In this document: piece after piece, positions 8,936-17,639 of the stretch
How positions within the stretch are numbered: position 1 is the first letter of the stretch
Layout: the number at the start of each line of letters is the position of its first letter
Assembly (NCBI GenBank): GCA_945861075.1
Contig: CAMATE010000002.1
Location: forward strand, 1-36,072
From: Akkermansia muciniphila
GTDB lineage: Bacteria; Verrucomicrobiota; Verrucomicrobiia; Limisphaerales; UBA9464
Direction of reading: 5' to 3'
Length of the DNA: 36,072 nt
Made by a program: the position numbers and the translations under genes
Notes under the pieces: model-generated
Seen by the model: only the letters and a program-made list of their open reading frames with translations
What the model was told of the DNA's origin: nothing
Database searches by the model: none

Positions 8936-9861
8936 TGCCTGTGCCCCTACTGACCACCCCCCGACCGTTCGGGACACACGGGGTTTGTTTGGCCTTGGGT
9001 TTTTTCGATGGCATCCACCTCGGCCATCAGCATGTCATCCGACAAGCGAAGATGGATGCCCGGACGCGAGGAGCGTCGACGGTGGTGGCCACCTTCGATC
9101 CGCACCCATTGACCGTGGTCCGGCCCGACAAAGCCCCACGACTCCTGCAATCTCTGCCCCAACGCATCGCCGCCATCGAGGCTCAGGGTGCTGACGCGGT
9201 GCTGGTGCTTGGCTTTGACGAAGTGCTGAGCCAGAAGACTGGGGAAGCCTTTGTCAGGGATTTGGTCCACGGATTCGGCGGTCTCCGCAGCTTCACCGTG
9301 GGTCAGGGATTCCACTTTGGTCATGGTCGTAGCGGCAATGTTCCGCTCCTGCGAACCCTGGGCCGCGAACTGGGGTTCTCGGTCAACGCCGTGGCTCCCA
9401 TTCACATCGGTGCCGAGATCGTCAGTAGCACCCGCGTGCGCAGCGCCTTGCGAGACGGAAAGTTGAACCAAGTTGCCGAACTCCTGGGTCGTCCGTACAG
9501 CATCGCGGGCACCGTCGTCCGTGGAGACCAACTAGGGCAGTCTCTCGGATTCCCCACAGCGAACATTCCGGTCGACGGACTCGAACTACCGCCCTTCGGG
9601 GTCTATGCCGCGCGCGCGCGCCATGCCGGCGGTGAATTCCCGGCGGCGGTCAACCTGGGTCTGCGCCCCACCCTCCAGTCGGCACAACCTCAACTCCGGT
9701 TCGAGGCTCACCTGCTGGGGTTCCAGGGCGATTTGTACGGGAAAGATCTCAGCGTGGAGTTGGTCAGCTTTCTGCGTCCGGAGCGGCGATTCGCCCACCT
9801 CGAAGCCCTCAAGGCGCAAATCGTCAAAGACATCGCCGCAGCCGAAAAGGCGATGAGCTAA
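8935..9861 (+). CDS. ribF: Bifunctional riboflavin kinase / FMN adenylyltransferase
   Basis: MPVPLLTTPRPFGTHGVCLALGFFDGIHLGHQHVI, STRVRSAL and GFPTANI...GVYA...NLG.RPT match RibF throughout. The ATG shares one base with the upstream TGA (TGATG, 8933-8937). Confidence 0.9.
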   Translation: MPVPLLTTPRPFGTHGVCLALGFFDGIHLGHQHVIRQAKMDARTRGASTVVATFDPHPLTVVRPDKAPRLLQSLPQRIAAIEAQGADAVLVLGFDEVLSQKTGEAFVRDLVHGFGGLRSFTVGQGFHFGHGRSGNVPLLRTLGRELGFSVNAVAPIHIGAEIVSSTRVRSALRDGKLNQVAELLGRPYSIAGTVVRGDQLGQSLGFPTANIPVDGLELPPFGVYAARARHAGGEFPAAVNLGLRPTLQSAQPQLRFEAHLLGFQGDLYGKDLSVELVSFLRPERRFAHLEALKAQIVKDIAAAEKAMS

Positions 9862-9902
9862 CCCCAAGCTCAGACCCTCCTTCCTTTCCGGTATTGCGTC
9901 GG

Positions 9903-9919
9903 TGGACCCGGCCGGTCCA
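9903..9919 (+). terminator. Weak hairpin after ribF (possible terminator)
   Basis: TGGACC-cggcc-GGTCCA, a 6-bp stem followed by GCGTTTG. The T tract is short, so this is tentative. Confidence 0.3.
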
Positions 9920-9930
9920 GCGTTTGAGGC

Positions 9931-10632
9931 ATGAAAGCCCGTCCTCTCGCAACGTTCCTCCTGTGCCTGTCCCTCGGTTCGACCGCCCAGAGTGCGGATG
10001 CTCCGAAGGCAACCGGCTCCGGCAAGCCCATTCCTTGGATCGCACTCTTCAACGGCCAATCCACTGCGGGATGGCGAGGATTCGGCAAACCCACCTTTCC
10101 GGAACAAGGTTGGAAGGTGGAAGACGGTTGGCTCACACATGTGGCCAAAGGCGGCGGTGGAGACATCATCACCGACCGGCTCTTCACCGACTTTGAACTC
10201 CGCTTCGAATGGAAGATCTCAGCTGGCGGCAACAGTGGCGTGAAGTACTTCATCGACGAGGCCCGCAAGGCGGCCATTGGTCATGAATATCAAGTCATCG
10301 ATGACGCCGCCCATCCCGATGCGAAGATTGGTCCTAAACGCCAAACGGCCGGGCTCTATGACGCCATGCCGGCCCAATCGCCCCGGGTCAAGCCAGCCGG
10401 AGAGATCAACGAGTCGGCCATCATCGTCCGCGGAGACTCCGTCGAACACTGGCTCAACGGCGACTGCGTGCTGAAGTACCGCATCGGTTCGCCGGAACTG
10501 GCCGCCGCCAAGGCTGCCAGCAAATTCAAGAACGAGCCCAAGTGGGGCACCCGATTCCCGACACCCATCCTGCTTCAGGATCACAGCGATGCCGTGAGTT
10601 TCCGCAATATCCGCATTCGTGAGCTGAAATAG
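9931..10632 (+). CDS. DUF1080 (3-keto-disaccharide hydrolase-like) domain protein, secreted
   Basis: Signal peptide MKARPLATFLLCLSLGSTAQSA. Then LFNGQSTAGWRGFG...GWKVEDGWL...DIITDRLFTDFELRFEWKISAGGNSGVKY...ILLQDHSDAVSFRNIRIREL, the canonical DUF1080 pattern. Confidence 0.9.
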   Translation: MKARPLATFLLCLSLGSTAQSADAPKATGSGKPIPWIALFNGQSTAGWRGFGKPTFPEQGWKVEDGWLTHVAKGGGGDIITDRLFTDFELRFEWKISAGGNSGVKYFIDEARKAAIGHEYQVIDDAAHPDAKIGPKRQTAGLYDAMPAQSPRVKPAGEINESAIIVRGDSVEHWLNGDCVLKYRIGSPELAAAKAASKFKNEPKWGTRFPTPILLQDHSDAVSFRNIRIRELK

Positions 10633-10665
10633 CCCTCTTGCGGAATCATTCCCATCCCAAGGCCC

Positions 10666-10693
10666 GTTCGCTCGACCTCGTTCGCTCGACCTC
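10666..10693. repeat. Perfect tandem duplication, 2 x 14 bp (GTTCGCTCGACCTC)
   Basis: 10666-10679 and 10680-10693 are identical and contiguous. Confidence 0.95.
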
Positions 10694-10695
10694 GT

Positions 10696-10784
10696 TAGCC
10701 TGTCCCTAGCCTGTCCGTCCCTAGCCTGTCCCTAGCCCTAGCCTGTCCACTAGCCTATCCCTAGATCCTGCGATAGCCTGTCCC
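10696..10784. repeat. Imperfect tandem array of about 8 units based on the 11-mer TAGCCTGTCCC
   Basis: Units read directly: TAGCCTGTCCC (10696), TAGCCTGTCCGTCCC (10707), TAGCCTGTCCC (10722), TAGCCC (10733), TAGCCTGTCCAC (10739), TAGCCTATCCC (10751), TAGATCCTGCGA (10762), TAGCCTGTCCC (10774). The array ends 3 nt before ATG 10788. Confidence 0.95.
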
Positions 10785-10787
10785 TCG

Positions 10788-12491
10788 ATGAACCGTCTCC
10801 GAAAACTGCTGGGCCACCTCATCGTGTGGCTTTGCCTTGGTTTGGGTCAGGTATGTGCCGATGGCGCCGATGACGCCTTCATTCGCATTTACAACCTCAT
10901 CCAGCAGGCCGATGCGAATCGGGAGACAGGCCAGTGGTCTTCGGCCCGCGACGCGTACACCGAGGCCAAATCCGGCCTGGAGGTGCTCCGCCGCAACTAC
11001 CCAACCTGGAACGAGCGGGTGGTGGCCTATCGGATCCGTTACGTAACCGAACGGCTGGAAACCCTGAAAACCAAGCCAGAAGCCTCTGAAAAACCTGTGA
11101 CCGCTCCGGGAACGGGGGCACCGGTCGCATCCAATGCGGCACCGGCCACGGCTCTGGCACCGAATGGCGAAGTCATCGCCCAATTCGAGCAATTGAACCT
11201 GCAAATCCAGCGCCTCTCGTCCGACAAGCAATTGCTCGAAGCCAAGCTGCGCGAAGCCCTGACCGCCCAACCTGCGCCCGTCGATCCCAAGGAATTCCAG
11301 TCGGCCATTGAGCGGATCACTGCCCTTCAAACCACCAACAAGGTGCTGCTGGCCTCACTCGAGCAGCAACAAATCGAGCGCCGCAATCTGGTCGACAAAG
11401 TCGTCGCCGATGAAGCCCGTGCCGCCCTGAACGAGGCCAGCAAGAACCTGCTGGAACAAAAGGTCGCCGCCAGCCGCATCGAAAAGCAGAAGCAAGAGGT
11501 CGAAACCAAACTCAAGGAACTGCAAGACGGAGCACTGCAAAACCTCCAAAAGGAGAACTCCACCCTGAAGCAGCAGGTCACCGAACTCAAATCGGACACT
11601 GAGCGCGGCAAACAAGTTGCGGACCTATCCGCCAAATTGACCCAACTCCAAATCGACCTCGACGACACCAAAAAGCGCAACACGGCCTTGAACTCCGAAA
11701 AGGCAGGGCTGGAAAAGCAATTGGCCGAATTGCAGGCCCGATCCTCCGAGGAAAGCCTGGCCAAGATCCGACAACTCGAAAACTCCCTGGCCCTGGCCAA
11801 GGCCAACACCGAACGCAGCATGGCCAACGCCGAATTGATCGCCGGCACGTTGGCCAAGGAAAAACAGGCCCGCACGGACCTGGAACTGTCCAATCAGGCA
11901 CTCAAGACCAAGGTCAGCGAACTGACTCGGGGAGCCGATCAGCGAGCCGAAGCCGTGAAGACCCTGGAAACGGCCTTGGCCGCAGAAAAGACCGAACGCG
12001 AGGTCATTCGAGCAGAACTCGTTGCCACGGAACGCAAGTTGGCCGCGGCCACCAGCGCTGCCACCAACTCGACCGCCGTGGATGCGAATGTCCGTGCCAC
12101 CGAAGTCTCCACCCTCCGGACCGAGGTTTGGAAACTCCGAGCTTCACTCAAGGAAGGATCAGCCCGTGAGGTGGAGCTTCGATCTGCCTTGTCCACCGAG
12201 CGCGAATTCCGTGAGCGACTGGCCCGTGAAAAGGCCGCACTCGAAAAACGTCTGGCAACCGCCCTAAAAGCAACCCCAGCCACCGAATCCCCCATCACGT
12301 CCAAAGACACCTCGAAGGCTTTGGCCAAAATGGAAAATCGGGTCCGGAAACTGGAAGAAGAGCGCGATGCTCTTGAGCAGCGCCTTCAGAAACTGAGCCA
12401 GACCACCCAGAACCGATTGCCCACCGGAGCGGTCTGGCGGGCGGTGACCGCCCGGGAACAAGTCGAAGAGTTCCATCGCCGGCGCCGCTGA
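10788..12491 (+). CDS. Secreted or anchored long coiled-coil protein, function unknown
   Basis: 567 aa. N-terminal signal/anchor MNRLRKLLGHLIVWLCLGLGQVCA. About 70 aa of helical, TPR-like sequence follows (AFIRIYNLIQQADANRETGQWSSARDAYTEAKSGLEVLRRNYP). Then a P/A/T-rich linker, about 400 aa of E/K/Q/L/A-rich heptad-like sequence, and a basic tail HRRRR. I recognise no family. Confidence 0.7.
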   Translation: MNRLRKLLGHLIVWLCLGLGQVCADGADDAFIRIYNLIQQADANRETGQWSSARDAYTEAKSGLEVLRRNYPTWNERVVAYRIRYVTERLETLKTKPEASEKPVTAPGTGAPVASNAAPATALAPNGEVIAQFEQLNLQIQRLSSDKQLLEAKLREALTAQPAPVDPKEFQSAIERITALQTTNKVLLASLEQQQIERRNLVDKVVADEARAALNEASKNLLEQKVAASRIEKQKQEVETKLKELQDGALQNLQKENSTLKQQVTELKSDTERGKQVADLSAKLTQLQIDLDDTKKRNTALNSEKAGLEKQLAELQARSSEESLAKIRQLENSLALAKANTERSMANAELIAGTLAKEKQARTDLELSNQALKTKVSELTRGADQRAEAVKTLETALAAEKTEREVIRAELVATERKLAAATSAATNSTAVDANVRATEVSTLRTEVWKLRASLKEGSAREVELRSALSTEREFRERLAREKAALEKRLATALKATPATESPITSKDTSKALAKMENRVRKLEEERDALEQRLQKLSQTTQNRLPTGAVWRAVTAREQVEEFHRRRR

Positions 12492-12513
12492 CCCACCCAC
12501 TCTCCCAGGTCTT

Positions 12514-13242
12514 ATGGCCAGCAAGTTCTTTGTTCCCGGCACCGAACGAGCCCCCAAGGTAGGGGATCTCTTTGCCGCCATCGCGCCCCGTTACGATGTC
12601 ATCAACGACCTCCAGAGCTTCGGGATGCACCGGCTTTGGAAACATCAAATGGTGGCAGCGGCCGCCCTCCAACCAGGGGACCACGCTCTGGACGTTTGCT
12701 GCGGAACGGGCGATGTCACCTTCCGATTGGCCCGAACCGGAGCCGACACCGTGGGCTTCGACTTCAGCCAACCCATGCTGGATGTAGCGAAAGGACGAGC
12801 CGCCCAAGTCCCCCTCCCCGCCGGCTCCGGCACCGTAGAATTCCAACAAGGAGACGCCCTCAACCTCCCTTTTGCCGACCGATCCTTCGACGTGGTGACC
12901 ATTAGTTATGGTCTTCGCAATCTCGCCGACTTCCAGCGGGGCCTGCGGGAGTTGACCCGAGTGCTCAAGCCCGGGGGCCGACTGCTGGTCCTCGATTTCG
13001 GCAAACCCGACTTCCTGCCCTGGCGCTGGGTTTATTACCAATACCTCGAACGCATCTGCCCGCTGTTTGGGAAGATTTTCTGTGGGGATGGCGACACCCA
13101 CGGCTACATCCTCGATTCGCTCAAAGCCTATCCCGCGCAACACGGTGTGGACTCTGGCCTTCGGGAATTGGGTTTCACTGAAACCCGCATCCAGACCTTC
13201 CTGGGCGGCACCATGACCCTGAACATCGGCCGGCGCCGCTGA
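12514..13242 (+). CDS. ubiE: Demethylmenaquinone / ubiquinone-precursor C-methyltransferase
   Basis: VGDLFAAIAPRYDVINDLQSFGMHRLWK, the SAM motif ALDVCCGTGD, ISYGLRN and LKPGGRLLVLDF match UbiE/MenG. Confidence 0.9.
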   Translation: MASKFFVPGTERAPKVGDLFAAIAPRYDVINDLQSFGMHRLWKHQMVAAAALQPGDHALDVCCGTGDVTFRLARTGADTVGFDFSQPMLDVAKGRAAQVPLPAGSGTVEFQQGDALNLPFADRSFDVVTISYGLRNLADFQRGLRELTRVLKPGGRLLVLDFGKPDFLPWRWVYYQYLERICPLFGKIFCGDGDTHGYILDSLKAYPAQHGVDSGLRELGFTETRIQTFLGGTMTLNIGRRR

Positions 13243-13340
13243 CGCCCAATACCCTGATGTCCCAATGACCTCCCCGGCCGGCGGGATTGAATTCCCGTCT
13301 GGCGATTCGTTCGAAGATCCCTAACCTCACAATCAGTGCG

Positions 13341-13769
13341 ATGAAGATCCTCTTCCTCAATGGTCCCAACTTGAATTTGCTGGGCACCCGACAACCGGAG
13401 ATCTACGGCCGGGATACTTTGGCCAGCATCGAAGCCTCTGTTCAGGAGAGGGCCCGAACCTTGGGAGTGTCGGTGGAGTTCCGGCAAACCAACGATGAAG
13501 GCCAACTCGTCACCTGGATCCAGCAGGCCAAAGGCGCGGCCCATGCCATCGCGTTGAATGCAGCGGCCTACACTCATACCAGCATCGCCCTGCGCGACGC
13601 CATTGCCGCCGTTGAACTCCCGGTCATCGAGTTGCACCTGTCCAACATCCACGCCCGCGAGCCGTTTCGACACCACTCCATGATCGCTCCGGTTTGCCGC
13701 GGACAAATCAGTGGATTCGGCGCTTTGTCCTACATTCTGGCTCTGGAAGCTGCCGTTAATGTTAACTAA
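13341..13769 (+). CDS. aroQ: Type II 3-dehydroquinate dehydratase
   Basis: [23 protein letters not shown]...[15 protein letters not shown]...[17 protein letters not shown] is the canonical AroQ sequence. The ATG at 13341 is preferred over the track start at 13287. Confidence 0.92.
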   Translation: MKILFLNGPNLNLLGTRQPEIYGRDTLASIEASVQERARTLGVSVEFRQTNDEGQLVTWIQQAKGAAHAIALNAAAYTHTSIALRDAIAAVELPVIELHLSNIHAREPFRHHSMIAPVCRGQISGFGALSYILALEAAVNVN

Positions 13770-13942
13770 ACCGCGTAAACCTCGGTTTTGACCGAAGTTG
13801 ACGCAAAAACCGCAAGAAGTGGCACTTGACCTGATCAGCCAAACTTCCCTAGCTTGCCCTTGCTTCGACACGAAACTGTCACCTGAAGAAATCTCTTCAG
13901 TTCGGCTTCGGTTCTGGCACTCACGATCATCTTGAGGCGTTC

Positions 13943-13962
13943 CGCTCCAATTCCTTGGAGCG
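13943..13962 (+). promoter_or_regulatory. Perfect 8-bp stem-loop in the accB leader
   Basis: CGCTCCAA-ttcc-TTGGAGCG, 26 nt upstream of the preferred accB GTG. A second AU-rich 7-bp hairpin, CTGAAGA-aatc-TCTTCAG, lies at 13883-13900. Confidence 0.35.
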
Positions 13963-13988
13963 ACCCCAACACAAAAAAGCACTGCACT

Positions 13989-14465
13989 GTGGACCTGAAA
14001 GAAATCAAATCGATCATCGACCTGATGAAGAAGAACTCCCTGTCGGAGTTCGAACTCGAGGAGAAAGACTTCAAGATCAAGCTCAAGCGTCCCATCGGAG
14101 GATCCGGCCCCATGCTGGGAGGACCCGTGGATGATCCCGAGCTCACGGCCTACTCGGCACTGGCGCGGCAGTCCGCAGCAACACTGCCTGCGGCACCGAC
14201 CGCTTCGGCCTCACCTTCCGGTCCTGAAACGGAAATCCGGAGCCCGATGATCGGAACCTTCTACAACACCCCTTCTCCGGACGCAGCGCCCTACGTCGAG
14301 ATCGGCAGCGAAGTCGGCCCCGACACCGTGGTCTGCATCCTGGAGGCCATGAAGGTCATGAATGAGATCAAGGCCGAAGCCCGAGGCATCATCACGGCCA
14401 TGGTCGCGGAGAACGGCAAACCGGTTGAGTTTGGTCAGGTTCTGTTCAAGATTCGCCCGCTTTGA
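13989..14465 (+). CDS. accB: Acetyl-CoA carboxylase biotin carboxyl carrier protein
   Basis: VDLKEIKSIIDLMKKNSLSEFELEEKDFKIKLKR, a P/A linker, and the biotinylation motif LEAMKVMNEI. The start is uncertain: GTG 13989 fits the usual AccB N-terminus, while the track uses TTG 13932. Confidence 0.9.
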   Translation: MDLKEIKSIIDLMKKNSLSEFELEEKDFKIKLKRPIGGSGPMLGGPVDDPELTAYSALARQSAATLPAAPTASASPSGPETEIRSPMIGTFYNTPSPDAAPYVEIGSEVGPDTVVCILEAMKVMNEIKAEARGIITAMVAENGKPVEFGQVLFKIRPL

Positions 14466-14560
14466 ATCAGTGGCCGACCGGAGCACACGCTCTGAGGCAT
14501 TCCTAATTCCGGGCAGGCCCGAACCATCGGGCCATCCACCGGAAGGTTCCTTTACCTGTC

Positions 14561-15946
14561 ATGTTTGAAAAGATCCTGATCGCCAACCGCGGTGAAATCG
14601 CCATGCGCATCATCCGCGCCTGCCGCGAGATGAACATCAAGACGGTGGCCGTCTATTCCAAGGCGGACGCCAATTCGATGCATGTGCAGGTCGCCGACGA
14701 GGCCATTTGCATCGGCGACGGTCCCTCGACCGACAGCTATTTGCGGATCGACCGGCTGATTTCCGCCGCTGAGATCACCGACGTGGATGCCATCCATCCC
14801 GGCTACGGTTTCTTGAGCGAAAACGCCCACTTCGCGGACGTTTGCGAAAGCTGCAACATCCGCTTCATCGGGCCTCGCTCGGCAGCCATGAACGCGCTGC
14901 ATGACAAATCCAGCAGCCGTGATCTGGCCAAGCGAGCCAAGGTGCCGACGCCCCCGGGATCCGACGGACTGGTCCAAACCGAACAAGAAGCCCTGACGGT
15001 GGCCAAGCGCATCGGCTACCCGGTCATGATCAAGGCCATCGCCGGCGGCGGTGGCCGCGGCATGCGGGCCGCCCACAACGACATTTCTCTGGTCAAGGGT
15101 TACCACACGGCCCGCACCGAGGCCGAAAAGGCCTTCGGCAACTCCGGGGTGTACATCGAGAAATTCATCGAGAACCCGCACCACATCGAGTTCCAGATCC
15201 TCGGCGACACCCGGGGCAACATCATTCATTTGGGTGAGCGCGACTGCTCCATCCAGCGCCGCAACCAAAAGGTCATCGAGGAAACCCCCTCACCACTGCT
15301 CGACCGAAAAGACCTCAAGGATCTGCGCAAGAAGATGGGCAAGGCGGCACTGGCCATCGCCGAGATGGCCGGCTATTCGAATGCCGGTACCGTGGAATTC
15401 ATCGCCGACGACTCGGGCAACTTCTACTTCCTCGAGGTCAACAAGCGCATCCAGGTCGAACACCCCATCACCGAAGAGGTCACGGGCGTGGACCTCGTCA
15501 AGCAGCAGATCCTCATTGCGGCCGGTGAAAAGCTCTCCATCAGCCAAAGTGACGTGACCATCAAAGGGCACGCCATCGAGTGCCGGATCAACGCCGAAGA
15601 CCCCTTCAACGACTTCCGCCCGAGCCCGGGTCGCATCGAGATGTACTACCCGCCGGGAGGCCCCGGCATACGCCTCGATTCCCACGCCTATGCGGGTTAC
15701 ACCATCCCGCCCTATTACGACTCGATGATCGGCAAGCTCATCGCCGTGGGCAAAGATCGGACGGACGCCCTGAACAAGATGACCCGCGCGTTGAGCGAAT
15801 TCATGGTCACCGGAATCAAGACGACCATTCCGTTCGAGTTGGCCATCTTGCAGGATCCGGATTTCCGCCGCGGCAACTACACGACGAACTTCGTCGAACG
15901 GTTTCTCGGCGGCGCTCGCCGCGAGTTGATCCAGGACAAGGCCTGA
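14561..15946 (+). CDS. accC: Acetyl-CoA carboxylase biotin carboxylase subunit
   Basis: [33 protein letters not shown]...[10 protein letters not shown]...[14 protein letters not shown]...EMNKR-type motif ([15 protein letters not shown]). Full-length AccC. Confidence 0.95.
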   Translation: MFEKILIANRGEIAMRIIRACREMNIKTVAVYSKADANSMHVQVADEAICIGDGPSTDSYLRIDRLISAAEITDVDAIHPGYGFLSENAHFADVCESCNIRFIGPRSAAMNALHDKSSSRDLAKRAKVPTPPGSDGLVQTEQEALTVAKRIGYPVMIKAIAGGGGRGMRAAHNDISLVKGYHTARTEAEKAFGNSGVYIEKFIENPHHIEFQILGDTRGNIIHLGERDCSIQRRNQKVIEETPSPLLDRKDLKDLRKKMGKAALAIAEMAGYSNAGTVEFIADDSGNFYFLEVNKRIQVEHPITEEVTGVDLVKQQILIAAGEKLSISQSDVTIKGHAIECRINAEDPFNDFRPSPGRIEMYYPPGGPGIRLDSHAYAGYTIPPYYDSMIGKLIAVGKDRTDALNKMTRALSEFMVTGIKTTIPFELAILQDPDFRRGNYTTNFVERFLGGARRELIQDKA

Positions 15947-15951
15947 ACGGT

Positions 15952-15982
15952 TGGGGCGGAGATGATCAAACCTCGCCCCAAG
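15952..15982 (+). terminator. GC-rich hairpin after accC (possible terminator, no U tract)
   Basis: TTGGGGCGGAG-atgatcaaac-CTCGCCCCAA, 8 bp plus 2 bp with one bulge, beginning 6 nt after the stop. Confidence 0.35.
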
Positions 15983-16054
15983 CCTTGGCCCGCGAGAAAA
16001 ATCGCTACTCCGGCTCACTCGCTGCTTGGTCTTGAAGGGCCCGTTGGCTAAACC

Positions 16055-17578
16055 GTGGGGGTGTCTTCCGCCCACCCAACGGCAGCAACCCCATCCGCCT
16101 CCTCGGATTCGTTCCCGCCGCAGATCAAGTACATCATCAGCAACGAGGCTTGCGAGCGGTTCAGCTTCTACGGGATGCGCAGCATCCTGACCCTCTACAT
16201 CGCCAAGCACCTCGGCCAAGGATCCTCGAAAGCCTCGGAAGTCGTCCACCTGTTTGTCTTCGGTGTGTACTTCATGCCCCTGTTCGGAGCCTGGCTCTCC
16301 GACCGCGTCCTGGGCCGCTACAAGACCATCCTCTTCATTTCCCTGTTCTACTGCCTCGGACACGGAGTGTTGGCCTTGGCGGATCTGGTGCAGACCCAGG
16401 AGAACAAGCTCTGGCTTTTGTACGCGGGATTGGCGCTGATCTCCTTCGGCGGCGGCGGCATCAAACCCTGCGTCTCAGCCTTCGTGGGTGACCAGTTCCA
16501 CGCCGGCCAAGGCCACCTGCTCCAGCGGGCGTACGGCCTGTTCTACTGGAGCATCAACTTCGGATCCTTCTTCTCGTTCCTGGTCATCCCCCGCGTCGCC
16601 AAGGACTACGGATACGGTTGGGCCTTTGGTGTCCCGGGCATTTTCATGGCCTTGGCCACGCTCCTATTCTGGATGGGCCGCAAGCATTACATCCATGTAC
16701 CTCCGGCCGGACCGAAGGGGGGGAGCTTCTGGGAAATGCTCTGGTACGCCCTGACTCATTCGGCGGGCCGTAGGCAAGGTTCGGGATTCTGGAGCGCTTG
16801 CGAGAATCGCTACTCGTTCGAACAAGTCCATGCCGCCAAGGCCGCCACCAAAGTGGCCGGTGTCTTCGCATTGATCCCCTTCTTCTGGGCGCTCTGGGAC
16901 CAGAACAGCACCACCTGGGTCTTGCAGGGTGACAAGATGACCCCCTACATCTTCAGCGAAGGAACACTCCACTTTCCGATCGTGGGACCCATCCTGCGCT
17001 TCATCATCGGCGACCGCATCGGTGCGGAGCAAATGCAGTCCATGAATGCACTGCTGGTGATGCTCATGGTCCCGATCTTCACCTACGTGCTCTTCCCGGT
17101 GACCGAGAAGTCGGGCCTTCGGGTGACCACCCTGCGCCGCATGGGAGCGGGCCTTTTCATGACGGCCATTTCCTTCGTCATGGTGTCGGTGATCGACCAA
17201 CGGGTGGCTGGCGGCGAGAAACTCAGCGTCCTCTGGCAAACCGTGCCCTACATCGTCTTAACCGCGGGCGAGGTGCTGGTTTCCAACACTGGACTGGAGT
17301 TCGCCTTCCGGGAAGCCCCCGCAACGATGCGCAGCACGATGATGAGCTTCTGGTTGCTGACCACCGCCTTGGGCAACCTCGCCATCGCCAAGGTCTTCGG
17401 ACTGAACGTGAAGGAGCGCTTGGCCGATGGCACCGAGGTGCTGCATGTGTCCGGACCGGCCTTCTTCAACCTCTGCGCCGCGATGCTGTGTGTGGTGGCC
17501 ATCGGTTTCGTCTTCGTGGCCTTGCGTTATCAATACCGAGATTCATCCAAGAACGCTTCGGGCTCTCCGGCCCATTGA
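16055..17578 (+). CDS. POT/PTR2 family proton-dependent oligopeptide transporter
   Basis: GTG start. The PTR2 signature NEACERFSFYGMRSILTLYI and GGGGIKPCVSAFVGDQF are present, with 12 or more hydrophobic segments. Confidence 0.9.
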   Translation: MGVSSAHPTAATPSASSDSFPPQIKYIISNEACERFSFYGMRSILTLYIAKHLGQGSSKASEVVHLFVFGVYFMPLFGAWLSDRVLGRYKTILFISLFYCLGHGVLALADLVQTQENKLWLLYAGLALISFGGGGIKPCVSAFVGDQFHAGQGHLLQRAYGLFYWSINFGSFFSFLVIPRVAKDYGYGWAFGVPGIFMALATLLFWMGRKHYIHVPPAGPKGGSFWEMLWYALTHSAGRRQGSGFWSACENRYSFEQVHAAKAATKVAGVFALIPFFWALWDQNSTTWVLQGDKMTPYIFSEGTLHFPIVGPILRFIIGDRIGAEQMQSMNALLVMLMVPIFTYVLFPVTEKSGLRVTTLRRMGAGLFMTAISFVMVSVIDQRVAGGEKLSVLWQTVPYIVLTAGEVLVSNTGLEFAFREAPATMRSTMMSFWLLTTALGNLAIAKVFGLNVKERLADGTEVLHVSGPAFFNLCAAMLCVVAIGFVFVALRYQYRDSSKNASGSPAH

Positions 17579-17639
17579 ACTGAAGCGACAATCGATCCAC
17601 TGTAGCCGCGGGACTCACGGAAACTTCTTCACACCAGCC

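Noticed and set aside
10642-10652. Palindrome GGAAT-c-ATTCC after the DUF1080 gene
   Set aside because: 5-bp arms are expected dozens of times by chance in 36 kb, and nothing else supports it.
10696-10784. The tandem repeat array as a CRISPR array
   Set aside because: The units are only 6-15 bp and directly abut each other with no unique spacers. No cas genes are in the window. It is a micro/minisatellite-type array.
11327-11893. 188-aa and other antisense or offset ORFs within the coiled-coil gene (10761..11330, 11587..11901, 11939..12328)
   Set aside because: These are a by-product of the low-complexity E/K/Q/L/A codon composition of the sense gene. The translations are S/C/R/F-rich nonsense.
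13835-14146. 103-aa minus-strand ORF spanning the accB leader and 5' end
   Set aside because: It overlaps the AccB N-terminus frame, is S-rich low-complexity sequence, and has no support.
14516-14533. Hairpin GGCCCGA-acca-TCGGGCC between accB and accC as a terminator
   Set aside because: No T tract follows, and accB-accC are normally co-transcribed. It is more likely an intercistronic structure or chance.
15994-16012. Near-repeat of GCGAGAA(AA)TCGCTACTC with 16801-16817 inside the POT gene
   Set aside because: It is a single short match with an indel, one copy coding and one non-coding. This is consistent with chance.
14552-16363. 238-aa and 357-aa minus-strand ORFs over accC and the POT transporter 5' end
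   Set aside because: They overlap the unmistakable accC and POT frames. No motifs. Typical GC-rich shadow ORFs.
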